Of a stretch of DNA of 64,000 nucleotides, positions 47,101-59,100 are shown piece by piece. Numbering within the stretch: position 1 is the stretch's first letter; every line of letters begins with the position of its first letter. The notes beneath the pieces were generated by a model. That model did not search any database, was not told the DNA's origin, and saw only the letters and a program-made list of their open reading frames with translations. The position numbers were made by a program, and so were the translations under genes. The stretch lies in assembly GCA_002633005.1 (NCBI GenBank), contig NMRA01000195.1:351628-415627 (forward strand), in the 5' to 3' direction. This stretch comes from Phoronis australis. Lineage: Eukaryota > Animalia > Phoronida.

Positions 47101-50100
47101 TCCCACTTTGTTACTTCATGGAAAACTGGCCATATTTTTTCTGACAAATTTCGTTTATGTTTTCAGGTATGGTTTTATTCATCCCGTGTTTTACTTAGGA
47201 TCACTGGACGATGCCCTTAAAGAGGCCCTACATGTTAAAGCCAAAGATGTAAGTCTGTCCCATTCAATACGCCCATCTACAAAACAAGTCTTTTGCATTG
47301 TTGACCAACGTCTCATTTGTGGACACCATTACTAGGGCTGTGTTAAGTGTATGGTCTGTGTTCATGCCATGTTGTAGATTTTCTTTTGGAAACCCTGTAA
47401 ACTTATTAATGAGGCATGGAACGCGAAAACTCATCAAAAATATCTTTTAAACAAATCGTGACGAAAGTACCATCTTGCATCTTTTAGTACAGATTATTTC
47501 GCTTTTCCCTGTGAGAAAATTTCCAGAAAAAGTTACAAAATTCCCAATTTTTGAAATACACACGAAGGAAAAACTCTGGTTAGCACAGAGTTTCTAATCT
47601 CCCTCCAACTTGTGATAAATGCATGTCAGTTGCTTGAAGTCGCTTGAGGTCAAAGGTCACATTTTCCATATAAGGAAAATGTGCTAGGCCTATGTCTTGC
47701 CATACCAAATAAGGAGACGTGCCTTGCCTTGTGGGAGAAAAATCGAAGTGGCACGTAGTTGACAGATTGATTTTTTTGAAATTTGAAACTATTAAGCGAA
47801 AGTGTTTTGATATCAACAGGATTTAAACATGTTTACGAACAAACTCTAAAAATACCTGGTGAGCAGATTGAATTCTGATCCAGTGGCAGAGAACCACTTT
47901 CAATATTGCAATTTAGTCTGTTTATCACGTTCCAGGCATCTTTAACTTGTGAGAACTTTGAGATTAGATTTCTTTATTTTTGCTCACTGTTAAAATAAGA
48001 GCTCAGTACTGACCAGAGTTGACCTGTTGTCACTGTAGTACTTAACACACCTGTGGACAACATTGAAACTTGAAGTTGCATTATTGAAAAATTTTCAATT
48101 TTGAATCGCGTAGTGCTTTGAAATGTCATGGAAACCAGTCCCATCACTATGAGAAAGGAGTGATCCTGTGTATGTTGAAATGAAGTAAAGTGTCTGCTAT
48201 AAGGTTTGGAGCACACTGAGTGAAATGGGCATATCAAATTTACAGCATTTTACGCAGTCGTCCTGTTCACTACAATAACAAAGTGTTCACAACTGGCCTT
48301 GTGTTATGTCTCTTATTTGGCAACCACTTGCTAGTCTCGACAGCTTTGTTGATGTTTTTATTTTTAATTTCCCATCAGTATTAGCTATCCAGCTGTTATT
48401 TCTCAGCCATGTCCCTTTCATGAATGACTCATTCACTCTGTCTCGTATTGAAGCTACACCAGTCAAATAACTTCTGTGCTCTTTCAAAGTGTCTCATTTC
48501 AAAGTTGGCAGCACGCCATGATTGCAGTTAAAAGCTTATTGGCACGCCTGCCACATTATCGTAGTGCTCCTATTTCAGAAGTCTGTTCTAGCACTCCCGC
48601 CAAAATGTCACAATGCTCTTATTTCAGAAGTGTGTACTAGAGCTACTGTCACAATATCACTGTGCCCTTATTTTCGATATGTGTTCTAGGACTGTGCCAC
48701 ATAGATCACAATGCTCTAATATCAGCACACCTGCTACAATCTTGCTATGCTCATATTTCAGAGGCGTCTACTAGCTGTTTACCTACACTATGACCAGAGC
48801 ATACAGGCCAACGTGTTCTGCTCACAGGTTCTTTGTTCTGAAACTATAGTCAACTACCTCAGTAACAACTTTGTCACGTGGGCTTGGGATTTGTCGTCAG
48901 AGAGCAATAAAGCCAGGTATGTACAGATGCTGAAGCAGGTATAGGATAGTTACTAATCTCCTTACCAACTAATCCTGCCATTACCCATCAATCAAAGATC
49001 ACTTCATCTCTTTTGATAGTAGAAAGCCATTGTTCTCATGACTAGGTAGGAATTTTGGACCAGTTTTACTTGGCATGTAGCCTTGTCTTATTCATTTCTC
49101 TCATAGGTTACTGGCCATGTCTGATTCAGTTCCCTCACTAGTTGCTGTTCGTGTCTCATCCAGTTCTCTGATCATGAGTTACTGGCCTTGTGTTATTCAG
49201 TTCTCCCATCATAAGTTACAAGCCTTGTCGCTTTCAGTTCTCTCATCATAGGTTACTGGCCTAGTCTCATGTAGGTGTGTCATCATAGGTTACTGGGGCT
49301 GTTACATTCAGTTTTCTCATCATAGACTGTTGGCCTTGTTGTCTCAGTCAGTACTCTCATCATAGACTATTGGCTATATTGTATTCAGTTCTCTCTTATG
49401 ATAAGTTACTGGCCTTGTCTCATTTTGTTGTCTCGTCACAGGTTGCAGGGGTTTCCTCATTCAGTTTTCTCATCATAGACTATTGACCTTGTTCTCTCAT
49501 CAGAGGATACTGGCCTCGTCTTATTCAGTTTTCTCATCATGGACTATTGGCCTTGTCATATTCGATTCTCTAATCATAGGTTACTGGCTAAATGCACTCA
49601 ACACTTTGGCTCTGTGGCTGCCACTACGCTACGTAACTTCCAACCAGACCAGTTGCCCCTCCTGTTGGTCATCACAAGAACGAGGTCCACTAACGAAGTG
49701 TTTACAGTTATACAAGGTAGGTTTACTTGAGGCCTTTGGGTACAGCTATGCCATGTGTTCCCTTTAGGACAAAATGATTAAGAATCGCACCATGTTCTAG
49801 AGTTAGACTCATATACTACCTTGGCAACTGAAACCAAACCAGAATGACAAACAAATTGTTGGTTTAGCCTAAAACAATAATCACCAGTCAATTTTCCCTC
49901 AAGTCTAAAAATCATTTCTTACCTGAGAATGGCACAAGTTGATACGGATAGCAATGGGTGGTCTAAATTAAATATTGCTTTTTGACAGAAGGCTTGGTTG
50001 CAGGAATTTTATTATGCGCCCACATGTGGGCGCATTATTCAAATTGATGGTCAGTTGACTGAAATTATGTACTGCTGATGTTTATTGTCCCTTGATGGAA

Positions 50101-53100
50101 ATTATATCAAAAGTAAATTGATACTGCATGTCTTGGCAATAGTAAAAATGTGAAATTCTTCAGACTAGCAGAGTTACCACATTTTACTTAGTCTTATTTC
50201 ACAGTTTGTGGACACATTGACAGTACGGTGTATGTGTTATTGGTGGCACTTATTGACTGAAGCAAGAATCTGAAATGTTAGTTTAAAAACTTGATTGACA
50301 GTTGATGTCCCCTTTACTGCTTGTGTCTGTTGGGCTAATGTATAATTCTCCCACCAGGAGGCATCACTATCGATGAAGTCATGTCCAGTCTAATGCACTC
50401 AGTTGATGTGTTCCAGCAGCAACAGTCGGTTGACATTCAAGAAGAGGTCTGTTTTACTGTACTCACAGTTGATTGGAGAGTCAATGTATTACCTGGGCTG
50501 AGTTCCATAGATGCAAAAATGTTGAAGTATAGCTAGTTTGATCGGGTGCATATCTCCCCAAGACTTGTGTGCTCTTGCTTTTTCGCAAGTATATTGCATC
50601 TATGGAATGCGAACCTGGCACATTTGAAAATTAGATGCTTATTGTACCTACATTTACCTGAAAGTTTGTCATGTGGTAATTTTGGAATGAGAAAACTAAA
50701 CCAGTGCCCTGTGTATTATTAGTGGTCTGAAATCTTAGCTATAACATTTTGATATTTTGTCATTAAATGTCTCACATGCCTTACTTCAAAGAATTTTATC
50801 TAGTGCTTGAGTTACAGTTGTCCAATTTAAATTTGAAAATTGCAAGGAGAAAGTATTTGTTTTCTTAAATGGTAAAGGATATTTCCTGTTTCTAAATTGA
50901 ATTTGATGGCTTGGGTGTTGGTTGACAAGCTTGTATGTTGTCTCATGACAACCTGGTCTGTGTGTTGTCTGATGACAACCTGGTCTGTGTGTTGTCTGAT
51001 GACAACCTGGTCTGTGTTTTGTCTGATGGCAACCTAGTCTGTGTGTTGTCTGAAACATCTTTGAATGTTGTTGCTTAACAGTATGTTCTGCTTCCAAAAT
51101 TAGTTGCATTAGTTAAAAGGGGCGCCTGGGTTTAGAAAAGGAATGTTCTTTATTGCAAACTTGGCAGTTGTTTTATTTTGTGACATATAGAATCTGTGCC
51201 CTGAAAATACTTTTCATTTACAAGATAAACACGGCTTTGTAATCGACAATGTACATTGATTCACAGAAGTATTGAAAGCTGTGTCTCTTAAAAGTTGCTA
51301 ATGAATGAAGTCTGTTTGTTTTGTTGACAGATGTCTCTTCTCTTGATAATGTTGTAGGCTGAAAGAGAGGCTCGTGAAACAATGAAGTTACAGCAGGACA
51401 TGGCATATCAGGAATCTCTGGCCGTCGACAGGGCAAAGGTCAGCTAGTTCATTGTGGCATCTTCTTACTGCTAAAGATTGTTGTTATTGTTCATTATAAT
51501 ATGTAGTTACTATTGACCTGAAGCCACCTGTTGGCCACACCAAATGCCCTAAATGTTGCTCTGTTTATTATTACATTTTCAACTTTAGTTTTAATTAAAT
51601 ATGTAAAGCTGCTATGAAGCAAATTCCTATTGCTTATCTAGATTTTGCTATAGACCGCTTGCAGTATGAAGTTGCTCCCAAATTGTTCCTTGTTAGCAGT
51701 TATTTCTTGGCTTGCAAGGTTCTGATGGATTTCTGTGCGTGGGAAGATTTGGCAGTTCATTGTTCCTTGAGACTAAGCTCAACATGTTAGCTCATCATTG
51801 CGGCTCATCGTTCTGAGCATGGTCTCAAATATCGATGAGCTGACAGTTCTTTCCAAGCTCAGGGACAGATTTTCATCCAAATGTGGAGAAAGGTGAGACC
51901 ATTTGTGGTAAACGGTCTAAATTAAGATTACATTTTTATGCGCCCACATATTTATATGTGGACGCATTATGTCGTCATCTCCGTCCGTCCGTCCGTCCGT
52001 CCGTCCAGGCGGCGTCCGTCCGGCGTCCGGCGTCTGGCGTCCGGCGTCGGCTGCTCTATCTCCAAAACCCTTTGACATATGTTCATGAAATTTGACACAT
52101 ATGTTCCATTCATGAATGGGACGGCATGTGCGAACTTTCGGACGGATCCGACTACCGGTGTGCCCCCTACTGGCAATTTTAGTTTTTTACTCTTACCTTT
52201 GTATCTTCAAAAGTCCTGAACGGATTTTCATGAAATTTGGTATGTAGGCACTTATTAGTGAGATGACGCTATCCTCCCGTTTTCAGATGGATTCGACATA
52301 GTTTGCGCCACCTAGTGGCCATTTTTAGTGTTTTCGAGTGTGTTTTTGTGCGTCAACCCCTCTATCAACCAAACCGCTCAAAGGATGATTGTGAAAATTG
52401 GCATGTATATGCTTACTATGTAGAGGATGGTTGACGATGATTTTCCGACGATTTCGACTACTGTGGCGCCTCCTAGTGGCAGTTTTGTTTTTTTGCGCCT
52501 ATGGCTGTATCTCCTAAACCGTTCGCAGGATCTTTACAAATTGTGTAAGTATATTTATATGATGTTAACAACGGAAGATGACGACTTTTGGTCGGATCCG
52601 ACTACCGGTGTGCCCCCTAGTGGCAATTTTAGTTTTTTACGCTTACCTTTGTATCTTCAAAAGTATTGAACGGATTTTCATGAAATTTGGTATGTAGGCA
52701 CCTATTAGTGAGATGACGCTATCCTACTGTTTTCAGATGGATTCGACGTAGTTTGCGCCACCTAGTGGCCATTTTTACTGTTTTCGAGTCTGTATTTTTG
52801 CGTCCACCCCTCTATCAACCAAACCGCTCAAAGGATGATTGTGAAAATTGGCATGTATGTGCTTACTATAAAGAAGACAGCTGACAATGATTTTCAGACG
52901 ATTTGGACTACTGTGGCGCCTCCTAGTGGCAGTTTTTTTTTTTTTGCGCCTATGGCTGTATCTCCTAAACCGTTCGCAGGATCTTTACGAAATTTAATAA
53001 GTGTAATTATATGATGTTAACAACAGACGATGACGACTTTTGGACGGATCCGCCTACCAGTGTGCCCCCTAGTGGCAATTTTATTTTTTTACGTTTACCT

Positions 53101-56100
53101 CTGTATCTTCACAAGTCCTAAACGGATTTTCATGAAATTTGGTATGTAGGCACCTATTAGTGCGATGACGCTATTCTCCCGTTTTCGGATGGATTCGACC
53201 TAGTTTGTGACACCCAGTGGCCATTTTTACTGTTTTTGAGTCTGTTTTTTGGCGTCCACCCCTCTATCAACCAAACCGCTCTAAGTATGATTGTGAAAAT
53301 TGGCATGTATGTTCTTACTATGAAGAGGACGGTTGACGCTGAATTTCCCATGACTTTGATTACTGTGGAGCCTCCTAGTGGCAGTTTTTTTTTGCGCCCA
53401 TGGCTGTATCTCCCAAACCGTTTGCAGGATCTTTACTAAATTTAACAAGTGTATTTATGTGATGTTGACAACGGACGATGACGACTTTAGGATGATTCTG
53501 ACTACCGGTATGCCTCTAGTGGCAATTTAAATATTTCACATTGACCTCTGTATTTTCATAGGTCTTCAGGTGTATACTTTGTGTTACTTCGTGACTATGA
53601 AGGAAAAGTTCCAAGTAGAAATTTGTTTCTGGCATTCTAATGCTGTGCTAATCTCGTATGTTGGTAAATTTGTTTTTAATTCTATGTTTCTGTGGTGCTT
53701 TAAGCAACTGATGCATAGGATGTGCTTGTATTATGAAGATCACTCACATTTTGAACCCTAGCCTATTGAGGAGACAATGACCATGCCTTTCCATTTTGCA
53801 AAGTACAGCATACTACATATATGCCCTCTACTGGCCACTTTATGGTACCAGTAAACAACCCTAGAAGGATACCGTATGTGGTGCAATTGTGGGCGCATTT
53901 CAACGCTCTGCGTTGCTCTTGTTTGTTATAGCTGCAGCAGTTATAAATTTAAGATAGGTGCATTCAGCCAAATACCTACAAAATGAATGAAAAATTCATT
54001 AAGTAACAGTAGGTAATATTGTCTGAATGTAGAATGCCTGCATGCCAATCTGCCATAGATTGGGTCACGTGACCGTGCCTTTTGTGCAAAATTTAGCGTA
54101 TAAAAGAAAGTTACATAGACAGCAAAACAACAGAGTGACCAAATTTTATTTGGTATAAATGTTCAAGGTTAAGTCTTAAAAAAGTTCTTACAGTTTCTGA
54201 GTTATTATAATTTTCGTTGGATGGAACTTTTTTTAATACCATGTTGAAAGTCCTATTTTTGATAACCCCGTTGCCTTAAACAATGCCCGGTAGCGTTTTC
54301 ACAATAGGACATAAAAAGTAACATCTGAAACTTTCATTTGAATCCCATCAGTCATTTCTTAGATATGTTGTGGAATTTGGATATTTACCTTCGTAGCATT
54401 AACGTGCATTAAGACTGGTACAGTCAGATAATTAAGAGGTACTGGGCCCCGACTTTCCTTATAGGGTGTTTTGTAAAATACGATTATGAAAGATCACCAC
54501 CTTATTCATTATCATGGGTAAGATAATTTAGATTATGAATTGTCGGATTAAAACTAACTTTAACTGTGGTGTTAGGCAATGAACAGATTTACAGTTGGAG
54601 AAGTACTTAATGTGTACATTATAAACTCACAGTGAGTTTCCATTGGTTTTTGGGGTTATCTGTAATAGAGGTTTACTTAGCCACACCTTGTTGCTGTTGC
54701 CAGGCTGAAGCGAAACGTTTGGAGGAAGAGAAGCAGAGACAGGTAGAACTTGACCAGCAGATCCTAGCTGAGATAGCAGCCAATGAGAAGCGGCAGGAAG
54801 AGCAGGAGAAAAAGGTCAGAGGTCATTTGCTGTACTTTTAAGTCGTTTGTTGATTTAGGCACTAGTACAAGCTAAGGGCCAACAAAGACGGTGAGTTGTG
54901 CGCCCCAAATGGAAATGAGCTTGGCTAATAGCTCACGTCTGTGGCTAAGTGAAATGCATGTAATAAGTCGTGAGATGAATATCTCGCGTGTAATTCTTTT
55001 ATCTGATGATCATCAATCCTCGCAGCGTGTGATTGAAGTGCTTGATAGCCAGTTTACCTTCGGTAGGTAATAATTACTCTGCGCGTGTAAGCGCAGAGTA
55101 CTGTTGTTCCTGGGTTTTCTTCAATTTTATTCTTATTCTTATTCTTATTCTTCTTATTCTTCTTCCGACCAACTTTGAGGCTTAATAACTCCAAATTGGG
55201 TGCAGGTACGGTTTTTAAATTCAGCATATGAGTTTTTACAGTATATAAATTTTGATTGGTTATATAATCATATTCCATATTGCACCGAAAGAGATCGTTT
55301 GGTGCAAAGGTCATATAATTTTCAAAATGCTACTCCTCCTTCAGTTTTAAAGCTATCTTTTTCAAATTCGGTGAACAGGTATATGTCGACATGGCAATTT
55401 AAAAAAATACTTTTCTAAGTAATCGGGTCATCCAATCAGGTGAAATAGGTCAAAGGTCATTAGGTGCAAACTAAAATTTTGAGCTAGACACTTCAAATTG
55501 ACAGGTCTGATTGCCACAGGTAAATCAAATCGGAATCCAAAGTTTCAGGCCATTTAGTGCAAACATGGGGTCATTAGGTGCATTTTTTTCTGAAAATTTG
55601 ACCTTTTCAATCAGCAAGTATTCTGATGTGTCAACCGTTAGACAACTGTGATTCTCAGCGTTAAACACATTTTACATGGGCTTTGCAATAATTCTCCTAA
55701 AGATGCTTAAAATGCACCGGATAAGGTCAATTAGTGCAAAGGTCATGTAACGTTCAAAATGTTATATCTCTTACGTTTTTCAAGGAATTCTTTTCAATTT
55801 CAGCACACTGGTGTAAGTCAACATGCCAATTAAATACCATACTTTACTTCGCAATAGTCCTAACCAATCAGAAAAAATAGGTCAAAGGTCATTGAGTGCA
55901 AACTAAAATTTTGAGCTAGAGACTTCAGAATTACGTATCTGTTTACTAAGTGCCATTGAGTTTGAATTCTAAATTTTCAGGTCATTTGGTGCACCCATGG
56001 GGTCATTAGGTGCATTTTTCTTCTGAAAGTTTGACCACTTCATTCATCTTGTATTCTGAAGTCCTTAAAGTAAAACATCTGTGATTATTAGCATTAACCA

Positions 56101-59100
56101 CACTTTTAATCGAGTTAACAATTACTCCCTCATCGGGGCTCATAATGCACCGGAAGAGGTCAATTAGTGGAAAGGTCATCAAAAAATAAATATGTAATTT
56201 CTCTTACAATTTTAAAGAATTCCTTTTCGTATTGGTAAACGGGTTGCTGTCAGTAACTTCCCATAATAATTCCAGTAATACGCACGTGCAGAGTCCGTTA
56301 TTGTCACGCCGTGACAATAATCTTTCTAGTTCATAATTGCATCACCCGACAACAACAAATCTCTCGTTAGCTCATTTGAACTGTGTGCTGTCCCTAGGTC
56401 TGGTCAGCCAACATGTCTGAAGTTGTCTTTGCATTCTCAATATGCTGTTCCAGATTTCAAAAACCTGTCGTAGTGTGATAACCTTTTATTGGTTTCTTGA
56501 GAAAATACTGAGTTAAATTTTACCAGGTAATGGTGGTCCTTTTCATTGTCATGGCTGGAACTTGAACTTGGATTTCGCCTTAATTACAAATATTCATATC
56601 CTCCACTGAGTCTAAGCTCCACTTAACTGGCGTGAAAATAAATATAATTATTGGACAGAGTTCATCAACCAGTTATCGATAACAATCCATAATTGAACTT
56701 TGAATGTAAGTGCCTACCTTTGTTGCCAAGGCACAACTTTTAATTTAAATGTCTTGATTTGTTAAATACTTATTTCAACCCATGAAAACTTATTGCTTTA
56801 AAATGGTTGCTGACCCAAGAAACATTGATGTGCATGAGAATCATGTCTTGATGTTTGTAGTGATGTGGTCATTTTTGTTACACGTTTGCGATTTTTCAAG
56901 GAAATTAACAGAAGTTTTACAGACATGAATTTTATGCATAGAACTTCCAAATTAAGTTTATTTACTAATTGTTTGCTTCAAAAGCCTGTTCTGGGATTTT
57001 CTTTTAAGACATATTAGTTCGAGACTGTTAGAGTCCTAGACTTTGTTGTGAATTGCTAAAGCCTTTGTTTATCAAGGACAATAAATCAAGCTTAAAAGGG
57101 CATCAAAAATATTTCCGTGCATGAGATCTGTTTAGGTAAGTTGGAAAATATGTAGGTTTCAAGAGTTCTATTAAGTAATAAACATTTCACTTTATAATAA
57201 CAATGAACCAATACAACATATTTTTTTCCTTCTCTTTTCAAAACAAATCTCAATAGCACGATGATCACCATTGACTGGACCAGTATAACTTTATTCTGAA
57301 AGATTTAGTCCCAAGCCTTAATGGGCTTTATTTTCGTACAAGTTCTCATAACTTGTATTGAGGTCAAAAGTTCATCCCACCAATGCCCCGCTTTCATCAT
57401 CACCTCATTACACTAACATTGGACCAGATGCTGACATCAGACACAGACTAATCTGAAGATAATCTCATACACAGGCCATCCAACAGTCACTGGCTGAAGC
57501 ACTTCCTGAGGAGCCCCCCAGCACGTGTTCCTTGCCAGTCTCTCAGATACGGCTGCGTTGTCCCAAGGCTCAGATCATCAGCCGCCGGTTCTTAGCTTCA
57601 ACTCGCCTACAAGTACTTCTTGACTTCATTGTGTCCAAAGGGTTTCATCTGGAAGACCATAAGGTGCTCACCACGTATCCACGCAGAGATGTAAGTTGAG
57701 CTACATTTATTAATTGACCCAGTTTGAGTAGTTGCATCAGTTATTAAAGGGACATTGGTTATGTGGCTGGATTGAGATATACTTTTTGGAAGTCATTAGC
57801 TTTGACCAAAGCTATAAGACAAGTTAATTTATAACGTTTTGTGATTTTGTTTCAAATCACTAATTCTCATCGTGTTAGGCGGTGACTGCGGGGATTCCAG
57901 GTTCGATTCTGTGCTCAAACTGATCTCATCAAATTGCATGTCAATAAGTTCCATTTAAGGCAAAAATGTTTGAATAATTGATATTGATATATATTACTCA
58001 AATTTTCTGACCAGTCATGGTTTCTAAGATCGCAACTTAATGTCTTGCTCGGCGCTAGGGGTTAAAAACATGCTCACTAAGTTTGGCAAAATTGAGAATC
58101 AAACTTTTTGGGAAGATTGCCTGCTGATGTTTTATTGATGGTGATAGTAAGCAAAACTACCCATCAAAATTTCCCATCAACGTGTTCTTAGGGAGGAGAA
58201 GTTAGTTTTTGACTGGCTCATTTTGTGTAATTTAAAGCCCGTGATATCAAGATTTATCATGAGAGTTTAAGCCAGTGATATCAGCAGCTGACTATATAGA
58301 AATATCTAATGAATATCTATTTTGCTCAATGATGTCAACTTTAGTAGAAATGAAATAACAGAACTGTTCATGATTACATTTCATATGCAACCAAAAATGT
58401 TTCTGCAGCAAACAACAGTTGATCACATCACAAACTTAAGTCAAACTAGTGCACACGACACAAACACGTCAAGGCGACAGGTGTTACCATGTGATTCTTA
58501 CCAGTTTGTGAGGTGATTAACGTTATTTCGTGGAAAAGCAAGAGCAGTTTTGTCTTTCTATTTCTTTATTTACACATCATATTACTTTTGTTGACTGTAT
58601 TTTAAAACAGCATGGAACGCAAAAGATCGTCAAAAATATCTTTTAAACAATTCCTGATGAAAGTACCATCTCACAACGTCTAGTACAGAGTAATTCACTT
58701 TCCCCTGTGAGGAATTTTCCAGACAAAATTTCAAAATTCACGATTTTTGAAATACACACGAAGGAAAACCTCTGTGGTTACCACAGAGTTTCTATTCTCC
58801 CTCCCACTTATGATGCATACTTCAGTCAGTTGCTTGAGGTCAAAGGTCACGTTTCCATATTAGGAAAATGTGCTAGGCCTATGTCTTGCCATACCCAATA
58901 AGGAGACGTGATTTGCCTTGTGGGAGAAACATCGACGAAGTGTCAAACAGTTGACAGATCGTTTCTTGCAGTTTGAAACTAGAATAAAATGCTCTGATAT
59001 CAACAGGAATTAAAAATCATTTCGAACAAACCCTAAAAATACCTGGTGTGCAGGTTGAATTCTGTTTCAGCGGTTGAGAACCACTTTGAATATTGCAATT

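Noticed and set aside
49075-49589. CRISPR-like array
   Set aside because: Eukaryotic intron, contiguous degenerate units without unique spacers, and no cas genes.
57673-57690. YPR instead of FPR in the FAF1 UBX loop
   Set aside because: Conservative aromatic substitution; not evidence of altered p97 binding.
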